This document shows positions 1 through 12,572 of a DNA stretch of 44,169 nt, in pieces. Numbering within the stretch: position 1 is the first letter of the stretch; each line of letters opens with the position of its first letter. The DNA is from Craspedostauros australis. Lineage: Eukaryota. The notes beneath the pieces were generated by a model. That model saw nothing but the letters and a program-made list of their open reading frames with translations, had not been told where the DNA came from and did not search any database. The stretch spans positions 1 through 44,169 of the forward strand of contig JALAGF010002092.1 in assembly GCA_030167865.1 (NCBI GenBank). Direction: 5' to 3'. A program made the position numbers and the translations under genes.

Positions 1-1
1 G

Positions 2-340
2 GATGAGCGTGAGATCCCGTACACCGTCATTGAGAAGCACTTCAAGGACAACGATCGGGCCATTCTGGATGACAAGACGGCAGGATTTGTTCGGTTCCGA
101 GTCGACAGCAAGGGCATGATCCTTGGCGCCTCCGTTGTGGGAGAAGGTGCCGGCAACATGATCTCCGAAGTCACGCTGGCCATTCAATCTGGCACAAGTA
201 TCACCGCGTTATCCGCCGTCATCCATCCTTATCCGACGACGGCAGAAGTCCTGCGGCAGTCGGGAGATGTCTACAACAAGGCTCGACTCACAACAACGGT
301 GAAGAAGCTGCTGCGCGGTATCGTGAAGCTACAGTTCTAA
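2..340 (+). CDS. 3' end of a pyridine nucleotide-disulfide oxidoreductase (mercuric-reductase/dihydrolipoamide-dehydrogenase-like dimerisation domain); 5' part lies outside the window
   Basis: Frame open from base 2: DEREIPYTVIEKHFKDNDRAILDDKTAGFVRFRVDSKGMILGASVVGEGAGNMISEVTLAIQSG...VIHPYPTTAEVLRQ. DRA...GFV...ILGA.VVG..AG.MI.E and HPYPT..E are typical of this dimerisation domain. No C-terminal Cys-Cys pair, so not called merA. Confidence 0.8.
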   Translation, partial: DEREIPYTVIEKHFKDNDRAILDDKTAGFVRFRVDSKGMILGASVVGEGAGNMISEVTLAIQSGTSITALSAVIHPYPTTAEVLRQSGDVYNKARLTTTVKKLLRGIVKLQF

Positions 341-1140
341 TTATGAAAATAGATGGAATATGATAGAATGCATGAATGCATGCATGCATGAATACTTGCA
401 TTCCTGTGCACATGAATGCAAGAGTCAATGAGTAGTTTGGTTTGATGATCTTCAAATACTTCTCGAAACGTCCAACCTCTCTGTGTATTATCCCCCAATC
501 TTGGCAACGGTCTGCCGCACTATCCCCATGACCAAGACGGCATGTGTTCCCACTAGCGACCGTGCTCTTCGTGCATGTAGCTGTGCGCCGGAGAAGGATC
601 TCCGAGTGAACAGAGGTTTCTCACGGTATCAGAAGTTGTGCTGAAAGCCATCTCTAGCTCATCTCATCGCATCGAAGTCAAATGCGCATGCGCGGAAGAT
701 GAAACATGAACAGAAATAGAATGGGCGAGAGTTCGAAGGGGAGGCCTTTGCGACCATGGTTCTCGAAGACTTGTGTTCGTATCCGTGCACTCTATGGAAG
801 AATATACTTGTACAATAATAGGTCGCAATACTCTGGAGAATGGTAGTGCATGAGTACCGACTTTGCGGATGTTTCGTCGTTTCTTGCTGAGAATCACACC
901 ATCGGAGATGACCAAAGCCACGCACGGAACAGATCTTGCCCGTATGCGCACGCTGTCAATGCTATTCGTCCATCCACGCTCCTGCCATCCACGCGAGGTC
1001 GCAACTAAACACGAGAACGTACGATACATCAAACATCTAATGTTATGCAAATGAAAATGAAGTGCTGCGAGCTGGGGGTCCTGACCGTCACCACTGAACG
1101 TTGCGATCGTGCAGGTCCTCCACCTGTCGTGAGGTCACAG

Positions 1141-4100
1141 TCAGCTTCGCGGTGGCTGTCCGGACCAAGTGTTGGATCTGTGGTGACGATGTGGCCGTCC
1201 GCCATTGCCGCTGCTGCCACTGCTGTCGCTGGTGGATGAGTCCGAGTTGGACCCGTGCAGACCGTCAGATCGTTCGTTGGTGTCTTGACCACCAGCGGAT
1301 CGCCCTGCGTGATGTGCCGCTGCGAAAGCGCTTGGCTGCAGAAGACCAGGATTGCCGAAGGTGCCATACATGTCGCGTCCATCGGGGCCGCGCAACTCCA
1401 TGATGATCGGGATGGACATCGTGCGATTGCGTCTGCGCGGTGCGTTGGTGGCGACCCATTCCAGCAGCTGTCGGCTCTCACGTTCGAATTCCTCGTTCGT
1501 CAGGGTCAGGTCGAAACCCAGGGACTGCACTTGGCGTGTGCGTACGTACGGTCCGTGGCGTTCGAATTCGGCGGTACCGCGTCGTACCCTCATCAATGCG
1601 CCCTTCTCGTTGGCATGCAGCACGGATGGGTTGGTGAATGGTTGGTGCATCACCTCGTGGAAGTCGGTGTTGTCCATCCAGCTCTGCACAACGGAGATCT
1701 CGTCCATATCGGAGAGGCTGAAGTGGGAGCTGTCGGATGGACAAGCCACTGGGACCATCACCGGTGTCACTCTGCCCTGCGCAGTTGCCTGTTGCTTTCG
1801 GTACGAACGGGAAGCGTCGGAATTCATCTCCAGGTCGGCAACCCCCGCATTGCTTGCAATGGCTGAACCTGCGGAAGAGGTGATCTTGTGCGAATCCACC
1901 TTGGTCCAGCGAGGCAACCGAACGACGTACTTGTAGGTGAAGATGAAGTTCAGCACAGTGCCGATGATCAGGCAGGTGAACCAGTACGTGAAGAGGATGA
2001 TCTTGAACGGACTTCCTTCAGGCGATTCGGAGAACGAGATGAAACCTGATCGGTAGGCCTGCACGGCGTTGGTATGGGACAGCAATGGGACTGCAAAGTG
2101 TGAATAACAGTAAGAAGAAGACGTGAGGAGCCAGAGTCGAGAAGAGGAAGAGAGTTTGGCAGTTGTGAAGTTCACATCCATGTTCACATGCAAGTGCAAG
2201 TTCACTTTTCGGTCGTCCGTAAACAGTAACAACTATCCAACCAACCAACGTCGAATGGCATTGCATGAACACTTTCGAAAGCGACTCACAAATGAAGGCA
2301 ACGTGCGCCGGACTGAATTCCTTCAGCTTGAACTGCGGCCATCGTGTCCAGAGGCATTGGAGCGACGCGGCGAAGCCGACGAGGCACATTATCATCATGA
2401 AATGCATGACCGGGAGGTACAGCGATCTGTGGATCTGCTCGAAGCTCAATTCTGCTTTGGCGTCCTCCAACAGGACCTGTTCCTCCTTGTAGGTTGGCTG
2501 CGCCATAATGGTCATTGCGTACATGGTGATGGACGGCGCAGAAAGTGAAATGAAGCACACAGGAGCGGCGATTTTCGTGTTGCGCATGGCTCGATAGATA
2601 CTGATGAACGCAACGTGATAGATGAAGAGGCGGCAGATTGCAAAGAGTATATCAAGATATGAATACGATCATCGCGGTGATGAATAGAGGAGGAGACAGA
2701 AACATGAAATGAAGAAGAAAGATAATTGCAGAAGGAAGAGGAAGAAGACCATGTGAGAGATGTGGATGAAAGGGGAGAATACATTACATCGAAAACGATC
2801 GAGAAGCGCGCGTGGCCCGTAGTGAAGACTTACGCAATTCCGAATGTGCTGAACAGATAGACTACGCAGATCTGCGAGTATGGAGATGTAGGAACGATTC
2901 GAGGGATGTGAGTGCATGAGCACGAACACAAGGACAAGGTCCAAGTGAGGTACGAAATGCAGGCGTGAAGATTGGAACGATGAGACGACGATGGGATGAG
3001 CTGAGTTGAGTACAAGGTGGCGAATTGGAGCAACGCATTGGAACAAGCATCCCGCAACTTATGTCTTCGATGCCATGTTCGTACATTGGTTGCAAGAAGA
3101 GCGAACGTCTATCACCGCATTCTCAATAATGTACTTACCGTCATGAAGACAAGCCCAGGCATCGGGAAGTAGAGCCATGTCTTGATGGCTGCATATGCTA
3201 TGCCAACTGTTGTCCCAATTTAAAGCAAGAAGTACGAGCAACGTACGAGTAAATGACATTTGCGCAATGAATGATCCCAGTGAGGAAGGAAGGCAGCAAA
3301 GAGAAATGATGGTCAGCCCAAGCCATTGGCAAACAATACCGTACTGTGCCTCGCTTTGTTGTGCTTTGCTGAACCTCCACAAGCGCACCGCACCCTTCAC
3401 ACCAAATTGCGTGCTGCTTTCAGTCAACTCGTACTCACCTGTATTTGGGAACCATCCGGGGTCCGGCCACAGCCGGTACTGGTACAATGCCATGTACAGG
3501 AACCATATCGATAAGCCGATGTGAAACACGGAAGTTATGAGCACGATGACTTCTCCGATCGCTCCACGTCCAGCCGCCACACAGATGATGGTGATGCACA
3601 CCACGCCCGCTGGAGTAGACGTTGTCGGATTGCTCAGTTCGTCGATGACCACCCTGGATGCGATGCAGCACTTCAGGAAGAACAGGACGCAGCAGAGCGC
3701 CGCCACGCAATGGCAGAAGTAGTGGAAGATGACGACGCCGCGATAGATCGGATTGGTTGTGTCGCATTCGAAACAGCCAGGGAATTCGGGGTACGTGCAT
3801 TGCGGCGAGTTGAAGCGGACGGTCGTGCACGAATCGTTGTTCTCCTCCATGAACTTGAACCAGATGACGCCCTGCGTGACCCAGCTCAACCCGACCGCGC
3901 CGATGGTCAGCGGGAGATTGGAGATGAAGCATTCGGCGTAGGAAAGCCAATCGAAGATTCTGGAGCAAAGATCGGAGCAGCAGTTGGAAAAGGCCGCATT
4001 TTGCTTTGCAAAAATCACGCTGCTCCTTCGCCTCTCACTGTTGTTAGCTGTGCCGAATTCTTCCCTCCATGCATCCATCAGCATACTCTTTTCATGCTCA

Positions 4101-5409
4101 AGTTCCTTGTAGTACTTTTCCAGGTACGCTCTTTCCAATTCGCACATCTTCTCGTCGCTGCCGATCTGCTTTGTCGTCATCGGTGTTGGCGTGATCGTGA
4201 TTGTGAAGTGGTTGGCATATTGTGGTTGACAGTGAAGCAGCGAGGATGGTGATGTTTTTAGCATGAGCATGAGTTTGAAGTCCTTCGAGGCATTGACGAG
4301 GACCGGTGGTCCACAAATGATCGCTAGCATATCCTCCTGCGGTTGCCGCTGCTGGTGCTGCTACGAATACTACTGCTTACCTTGGATGACGCTTGCTTGC
4401 GCATCGGATCGTGCTTGCTGTGACGACTCTTTCGGCTCGATGGCTTGGAATGATGCGATTTGCTGCGAGTCTGCGCGTCATCACTGCGTGGCAAGGCCTG
4501 TCTGCTTGATCCGTCTCTCCGGAATGCTTTGTGCAGCAGCGCATTCGTGAGGCGCGACTCGAGCCGATTGGATTCGCCATCGGACGGTGGCTGGCTGTCT
4601 CCAAAATCGCTGGATGCCACAGAGTCTTCGAGGTTCGACTGCTCGTCGGCATCGTACCCATCCGTGCCGACGTCATCCGAGGAATACATCGACCTTGTGC
4701 CTTCATCCGAATCGTCGAAACCATCCGACGATGGAATGGCGCAAAGTCGTCGGCCCATCGGCATGCCCAACGGGCGGGTGTAGACGAAGACCGGGTCATT
4801 GTTGTCGTTGCTAATCGTGCTTTTGCTGTTGTTCGTATGATAGATGTTGCAGTACCATTGAGTAGATTGAATGACGAGAGGGTGGGTGCGTGAGGCGACA
4901 TCAGTGCGATTACAATACTCCAGATGCATGCAATCTTTGAAGCGAGAACAGTGCGATCATGAACGCTGATGGTGCATCATCAGCATGGCTCCGTGATGGT
5001 TGCATTGCGCCGTATCATCCTTTGGCTAGCAACAGATTCCGCATTCAAACCACCTTGCGGAGCAGCGCTCGCATACAGTGACGTACCTTGGTTCGATGGT
5101 GGTGTGATCGACGACCGGAAACTCCCCTCTCGCTGCGGCCTTGGCCTGTTGGATCTTGGCAGTCTCGAGGAATCGTTTGCCCGTGACATTGTAGGCTTCA
5201 CGCGCCTCCTCCATGGCGTCCTTCTCCGCGGCCTGCTCTGCCCGTGCGATCGAATCAAAAACCGATTCATCGAGGGACATCATGTCCACCATCTCCGAGT
5301 TGCGCCTGTGTTTGGATCGTCTCGAATCCGAGTCACTGCTTCCCACGTGATCGATCGTGTATCGCTGTGGTGAGCTAGTTTGGCTCGATACGTCGGAGAC
5401 CTCCAACAT
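1141..5409 (-). CDS. TDT/SLAC1-family (tellurite-resistance/dicarboxylate transporter) anion channel-like membrane protein, 7 exons
   Basis: Exons assembled by hand; all introns GT..AG with matching phases: 5409-5087, 4810-4381, 4165-3439, 3206-3139, 2871-2834, 2600-2290, 2090-1141. Spliced protein has a long disordered N-terminus, then about 10 hydrophobic segments with ELSNPTTSTPAG, PDPGWFPNTVGIAYAA, APVCFISLSAPS and FSPAHVAFIFPLLSH (TDT-like P.WF.P.VG and AF.FP motifs). Start codon (5409) and first two exons are less certain than the core. Confidence 0.8.
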
Positions 5410-7094
5410 CGTTGATTGCTTTTCGACGCTTGTGTTTGATGTTGCTATTGCTGCTCTCGATCTTGTGATCGCGGATGGCAATGCACGTTTGCAGCTACGT
5501 GATGTAGAATACGATCTACTCGTACGTAATGTGATGGATCTTGTTGTACCGTTGCTGTGTCACTGTCTTCCGTCCTCTATCGTGCCTTGCTTGTTGAGTG
5601 AGAAAATGACTCAGGATCTGTTGCAAAGAATCTTGCGCGGATCTTATGGAAGGAGCTGATGCTGTCGCTGATGTCGATGTTGATGCTGATTTGGTTGTTG
5701 GAGAAACCACCAACGTTCAGATCCTTTCTCACGAGAGGATGCCACCCGATGTTGATCCGCACATGGGAGTGTTGGATCAACCACTTGGAAATGCTCTGGC
5801 CGCACAGGTGATGGTGATCTTGATGTTGATGGCGCTTGCCATTGGTCAGTCCTCCTGCATCGACACGAGTCGCTTTTGGGTGATGGGAAAAGGCCGGAAG
5901 CAGCAGCCCATCTCGCATTGGGGGTCACCACGACAACCCGACATGAGATCTTGCAAGCGCGTTTCGACGAGGGGAACAGGATGGAAACACCTCGCTGCAG
6001 AGTACCGATGGTCGCCGCACTTGTAGTCGTACGACTACAAGTACAGTGCGATGCGAGATGACACACGGCGTGAGTGCGCAAGTCCTGGACGGAGTCGATC
6101 TTCCTTCGTCAGATCGCCACAGCGTGCTTCTTGTTGGTTCCGTGATGGGTACGCTGTGTGGCGTCGCTCCGTTTTTATCGTTGGTGCACTCTCACCTCTT
6201 GATTTTGTGACATGCCTCCGATGTTCCGGCGTTTCCACGCGCCGACTCCAACCAAAACATGTCTCAAGGCGAGGAACTCTGGAAAATTGTATCAACGCAC
6301 CTGGAATAGAATGTCGCTGCGACATGGAAAAGAGAACAGCGGCCTGGCGAGGATTGCCACGATGGACGCAGTGCGGGAGTTTTGTGCCAAAACGCTCCGG
6401 AAGGGAAGAAATCTCAGAGACCCGTTGACCATTTTCGGCGACCTCTTCCGCTCCTGTGGGAACATGCAAGGGTGGCCAAAACCCAAACCGCCCAACCGTT
6501 CGTAACGCAACGAGAAAGTCATCGAGAAAGGAGTGCGTTTGGTAGGTCGGACGAGTGGGAGGCGATTGAGTAACTGCAAGTTGAACACACCTCCCCATGG
6601 ACAAACTGATCATCTTGTCAGATGAGCTGCCGGCATGGCGGGATCATCGCCCACAACAAAACGGAAAGCACCGGCATGCATGCCATCGAAGACTTCTCTG
6701 TCTGGGTCTGTGCAAGGACCATCACCCTTCCACCGCAGTGTTGGCTTGTCTCGCGATGGCGGAAGCGAGAAGAGCACCATTCTTGACGTTGCGAACCGTT
6801 GCGTCACAAAAGTTCCGCACCCACGATGACACGGGGGTGTGATGGTGCAGGAATCAGCAGAGTGTCGCCAAAGGGAGACGAGTCCTTCGCTCTTTGGGGG
6901 TGATGAGGGATGGCATTCAATGGCGACCAACGGTGTGACGTTCCGATGCGATGAGAGCCACTGGACGGGGAAGAGCAGAGGGCGAGGGACGTTGTGTGGA
7001 TTGTGGATACTACTGCATGTACTACCACGAGTGGACCGAACATGGCGCTCGCTTGGTCTTGCTGGTTGTGATCGGCTCCAGTCGTGCACATGAT

Positions 7095-8504
7095 CTAAGA
7101 TTCCATCAACAGGTTTCTTCGACATCTGTAAACGAAGAGAGGCTCTGGATCGTCGATGCCGATGGCCGGAAGATCCACCGCTTCCATCCTCTCAAACATC
7201 TGCCCCATCCCCTGCAGGAAAGCATCGTGCGTCGGCTTGCCACGTCGCTGATAGGAGACCAGAACATCAGCGCTGGGGCTTTGATCCGTCAGTACACGCA
7301 ACGTTTGCAACAGCGGCGTGACCAGCTCCAACATCCAAACGCAGTCCGCAACGAGGATGACATCGATCGTTCCCTTCTGTTCTGCGACGAGTGCAGGAGG
7401 AACCGCGGTGAACCAGTCGTACGCAATGCAGTGCATGGACTGACAACCCGCTTGCTTCCACATGGATTCGTGCCCATCCACGTTGATTTGAATCAACGGC
7501 GTTGCGTGGGGTAGATCCGACAAGATCACCTGTCTTGCGCCAAGCACGCCCGCGACGATGCCGACCAAGCCTGTGCCCGATCCCAACTCCAGCACGTTTT
7601 TGTTGGCGATCTACCGCATGCACATGTACGGGAACGAGAAGACAAGTGTTGAATGACGGGCACAGTAGGGGTGTGCTTGAGGAAGTTTTGAACAAGTGAG
7701 TATGGGCATGAACATGAGCGTGTTGACGAGCTGGTCATTTTGCTATTAACCGCATGGCATCGCATGATGGTCGCACATCGATCCATCCATCCCTCTTGCT
7801 TGCTTGCTTGCAAAGTAACGTACCCAGTCGCTGCTCTGACATTCCATGACCTTCGCCAACAGGATAGCTCCATCCCAAACATTGCCAGCCGTTTCTTGTT
7901 GCGGTTGATTCGTCGCTTCTTGGATCTGAATAAGATAACTAGCGTCTACAAGCTGGTTGCGGATCGCGACGGTTCCATCATATGGAAAGTATCGCCCTTG
8001 TATGGCAAGCATCGGCTTTCGGTTCTGCGTCTCTTCTTCTTGCGGATCTGATCCAGTTACATTGGCCGTCGCACCCGCGACTGCAGTTGGTATTACGCGT
8101 TCTACACGTGATCGTATGCGCCGACCCAGGCATCGAATAATGTCCAGCTCAGCATCGTAGTCTTGCAGTGAACGGAACGCATTCTGTTGCCGATCATAGA
8201 CTTCGACTTGATACGAGGATGATGCCTGCTGCCTGGCCTGGTTGTATACGGTCGCCAACTGTTGTCCGATGTATCGCAGCAGATCGCTTGCAGTTATCTC
8301 CCGGCCTCCATTCGGAACGTCTCCTTGACGTAGGCGTAGCTTGATAGTCGTGCCGCACTGCCCCACATCACCATCAACAGCGGCTTGATTTCTCGTCACG
8401 ATCTCATCAACGTCCACGATGATCATAGCAAGAAGCGGATTGTTGGCGTGCAGCGAGTCTTTCTCTTCTTCATCTTGCTTCGACGCTGCCGTGTTGGCGC
8501 TCAT
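7095..8504 (-). CDS. METTL21/EEF1A-KMT-like (methyltransferase family 16) seven-beta-strand protein methyltransferase, 2 exons
   Basis: Exons 8504-7824 and 7610-7095 (intron gtacgt...cggtag, phase 0). Motifs TAGNVWDGAILLAK, VLELGSGTGLVGI, ILSDLP, YDW, VILVADCVW and SYQRRG are the family-16 signature set. Confidence 0.88.
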
Positions 8505-8683
8505 CCTCGATTTCTTGTGATTGTTAATAATCGATTGTCGATCGTTCAATGTGAATTGTGAATCACCTCCTCTCCATGTCGAAGCATCACGCTCACTCCG
8601 ACAGCGCTTGGCAGGCCAAGATTTCGCTTGTTCCATTTCTTGTTCTCGTTCGTTGTTCCATCTTTTGTGGTCATTTCTCCAAT

Positions 8684-8697
8684 TTTTGGCGCCAAAA
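8684..8697. promoter_or_regulatory. Palindromic E2F-like site TTTTGGCGCCAAAA in the divergent METTL21-like/HELLS promoter
   Basis: Perfect 14-bp palindrome with TTTGGCGC on both strands, about 330 bp upstream of the HELLS ATG; a CCAAT lies near 8785. Function is inferred. Confidence 0.45.
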
Positions 8698-9024
8698 CGG
8701 GTCTGTCCGTCCACCAGAGCATCGGCATTGTTCTCAGGCAAACTGCCGCATTGAACATGGGTGGCGGCGTGGCGTGCGGCGCAGCCAATCACCGCGAAGC
8801 AACCAACACAGCGCCCAGAGTGGCCAAAACCTCCCACCGCCAGCACGCGACAAAACACGAGGTTTCGTGTTTGGGCACGTTGTGGAATGGTGGTGTTCAC
8901 CATTTCGAGTGGTCGAGATGCAGACAAAACGAAAGAGATAACAAACTCACGATACAACCATACGCTCAGAGACAAGCAACAAGAACAACGACGACACTCA
9001 CCAACACCAAAGCAAGTGGCGATC

Positions 9025-12000
9025 ATGGCAACCAAGAACGCTTCCGACAAGGAGGAGGAGGAGGAGAAGTCCGCGAAGGAACCAATGACTGATTCTGGCG
9101 CAGAGGCCAAGAAGGACAAAAAAGAAGCATCCACCCCAGAAACTCCAGCCAAGACGGAAGAAGACAAAAAGGAGGACGGAGCTTCGTCGGATGCCGATGA
9201 TGAGATTGACAGCGGTGATGTGGAGAGCGACGATGGCAAGGAGGAAGAGGCCATGTTCCAGGCGATGGAGAAGGAGCAGGCGGAGAAGACCGACGACGCA
9301 GAGCAACCCACCGACGTGAAGGCCGCACCCAAGATGCTGCAGCAGGCCTTGGCGGAAGGCAAGGTGGACGTTTCTGATTCCGAGAAGGAGGAGGAAGCCG
9401 AGAAGCTCAAGACCAAGGCTGATGGCAACGAAGACACCAAAGACAATGACAAGGACAAGGCCAATGGCGCTGCGGACAAGAAGGCTTCACCAAGCAAGGA
9501 CCACCACGTCCACGCAAGGGTAAGTCATGCGCAAACGCCCGCATTCTCCAACACGGTTTTGCCTGTCGAATGAGCGCGCACTTCCATGACAACACGAGAG
9601 ATGAATTAGTCGAGAAAGCCTTGCCGTTCAATCAGAACAGCGGAGCATCCACAGCATCATTTTTGGCGCCAATCCCACAATCCTGTCTCCGCATGCACGT
9701 CTCGCATCAACTCAATCAACTGCGTTCATCCACTCATTGTGCTCATTCCACCCATGGCATCCATTACACCCATTGCACTCGTATCCATGCTCCTCATTGC
9801 GCGTACATACATACCATGCACGCCACACGTACCAACTATTATACTGTGCATAACCGCACATACATTCATGCTCGGATGCAACTGACAGGCAAACCAACTG
9901 GACTTCCTGCTGTCGAAGGCATCGGAATACTCAAACTTCATCTCGAAGGATTTGGAAGAGCTGCAGTCCGACATGCAGATGCAGGCGAGGAAGAAGATGG
10001 AGAAAGCGGAGAAGCGCAAGCGCAAGAGCCGCGGCACCGCCAACAGCAACAAGAGGGCGAAGAAGGCCAACGGGTCTGCCAAAGAGCTCCGGTCGGCAAT
10101 TTCCAAGGACAACGAATCGCGGTCCGAAGACGCGGCACCTCCCATCTTCATCCAACCACCCAACCTTGCGGAGGGATGTCAGCTCAAGGACTACCAGCTC
10201 GAGGGTGTGCGGTGGCTGGCGAGTCTCTTCGAGAATGGCGTTTCCGGCATCCTGGCCGACGAGATGGGACTGGGAAAGACGATCCAAGTCATCGGTCTCA
10301 TCGCCCATCTCCTCACGCAGGGCGTGTCGGGACCCTTCTTCGTCGTGGCCCCGCTGGCGACATTGCCGAATTGGGTGCGCGAAATCCAAAAGTGGCTGCC
10401 GGATCAACCGGTCGTGCGCTACCACGGCCCAGCAAAGGAACGTGCCGAGATGCTCAACGGGCCGCTCAATGCGAAGATGAAGAGGGACAAGAAGTTCCCC
10501 ATCATCGTCACATCTTACGAGGTCGCCATCCGCGATAAGAACAAGCTGCAGAAGCTCACACCGCTGACCTACATGATCGTCGACGAAGGCCACCGTCTCA
10601 AGAATCATCGCTGTCTCCTGCTGTCCAGCCTCAAGCACCTAAAGGCAGGCAACCGACTGTTGCTGACTGGAACTCCCATCCAGAACACGCTCGACGAGCT
10701 CTGGAGTTTGCTCAACTTCGTCAACCCGCAGATCTTCGACGACCTGGCGGTCTTCCAATCCTGGTTCGGTTTCAAGGATATCGGTCAGAAGGAGCGTGGT
10801 GGCACGGACGAGGGGGACATCATGCTGGAGCAGCGCAAGAACAATACCGTCACCAAATTGCACGAAATCCTGCGTCCCTTCCTTCTGCGCCGCGTCAAGC
10901 TGGATGTGCTCAAGGAGATGCCACCCAAGAAGGAGATCATCGTCTACTCCGGCATGTCCAAACTGCAGATCGGGTACGCCCAGCTCATCGAGAAGGGAAA
11001 CTTGGTCCTGCGAGATGAGCTCATCCGACAGGGCATCGAAGCTGGTCGCAACCTCAGCAAGTTTAACAAGACCATGAACTTCCGCAAGAACGTCAACCAT
11101 CCGTTCCTGTTCGGCGAACCGATGGATCCGGCGACCGGGGCCCTCATCGGCACCAAGCACCCGCATCTCCTGGTGCGTGCCAGCGGCAAGTTCGCGCTGA
11201 TGGACCGCATGCTGCAACGTCTCTTCGATGACGGCCATCAGGTGTTGATCTTCAGTCAGATGACGGCCATCCTTAACATCCTCGAAGACTACCTCGTGTA
11301 CCGCAACTGGAAGTACTGCCGTATCGACGGCTCCACGAACATCGATGACCGTCAAACCGCCATGGATAAGTTCAACGCCGAGAAAACCAAGGGCAAGGAT
11401 GGCAAGCACAACACGGCAAACGACCGGCAGTTTGTCTTCCTCCTGAGCACACGCGCTGGAGGTTTGGGGATCAATTTGGTAAGTCATGCAGTGCTCTCAC
11501 TTGTGGTGGTGGTGGTGGTGGCGTCTCCCGCTTGCACTATGTAGTTTTGATGTGCGTATTGCATGCCACGCGTCAGTGCTGATGCCCAGCCGTCCTTGAC
11601 CTGCTTCGTTTATTGTGTATGTGGAACGGCATCGATCGTCATCGCGATTGCGACGGCGATGGAAGCATCCAGGTGCCACTGTCGATCTCTTCAAAGATGC
11701 AACGGCAACACCAGCCAACCGTTGCCCAATCATTGCACTAACATATAACAATTGTTTTGGACTCTCCTCTCCCACGCAATACGCACACGTCAACCCGACG
11801 TACATCATGCGCGAACTCCCATGCCATTTCTGGAACGATCCAATGAACAACAGACAAGCGCCGATACGTGCATCATCTTCGACAGCGATTGGAATCCGCA
11901 CGCTGATAGCCAGGCCATGGATCGTTGCCACAGGCTGGGCCAGACACGTCCTGTCGCTGTGTACCGTCTGCTGACATGCAATTCGGTGGATATCCACATG

Positions 12001-12309
12001 ATGGAACGGCAGGTATCCAAGAAGAAGCTTGAACGCATGACCATCGCTGGCGGAGATTTCCGCAAGGCGGGCATGAGGTCGCAGGGTGACATGTCCTTCC
12101 AGAAGCTGGAATCGTTGTTGCAAAGCGACATTGCCGATCTCCAGACCAGGGGACAGGACGTCGAAGATATCCGCATCGACGACGACGAGTTTGAACGCAT
12201 CATGAACCGCAGCACGCTGTTCGGAGACGATCCAATCGCAACGGAGGGCAAGATGTACGACATTATCGATTCTGCTGGTGGAGATTTGCTGGGTGCAATG
12301 ACAACCTAA
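9025..12309 (+). CDS. HELLS: SNF2-family chromatin remodeller HELLS/LSH/DDM1, 3 exons
   Basis: Exons 9025-9519, 9889-11478, 11854-12309 (gtaagt...acag, both phase 0). Motifs LKDYQLEGVRWL, GILADEMGLGKT, IVDEGHRLKN, LLLTGTPIQN, FLLRRVK, NHPFLF, ASGKF, LIFSQMT, LSTRAGGLGINL, DSDWNP.AD.QAMDRCHRLGQTRPV. N-terminal QLDFLLSKASEYSNFI resembles the LSH/DDM1 helix; no chromo, bromo or SANT domains. Confidence 0.9.
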
Positions 12310-12572
12310 TACCAAAAGGTCGTCCTAGTACTAAAGCATGAAAGATAGCAAACAATACTTTAGCAGCATTTTCGAAGTGTGGTACTACTACGAGTTTTCT
12401 CAACCTTTTTTCAGATGGAGCATCTGCGCGTCATCCGCTCTGACAACGCGCTATCGACATTACAAACATGGCATGCAAAAATAAAGCACGTCTTTTACTT
12501 GGATGTGTTATCGAAATACTGCGACACTGGACGCAGCAACGGTATCAAATGTGTATCACCAGCGTTCTTCAT

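Noticed and set aside
367-420. ATGC/ATGA low-complexity repeats, and similar simple repeats near 15100-15140, 17070-17100, 27270-27308 and 33800-33862
   Set aside because: Ordinary microsatellite-like UTR or intergenic texture.
5500-7090. Many short overlapping ORFs upstream of the TDT gene
   Set aside because: No motifs, no clear codon bias and no convincing splice link to exon 1; treated as UTR or intergenic, though an extra 5' exon cannot be excluded.
7746-9497. 583-aa minus-strand ORF as a single protein
   Set aside because: The first part is antisense to HELLS exon 1 and the promoter; only the part from ATG 8504 is the methyltransferase exon.
9570-10538. 322-aa ORF overlapping HELLS
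   Set aside because: Starts in intron 1 and runs out of frame over exon 2.
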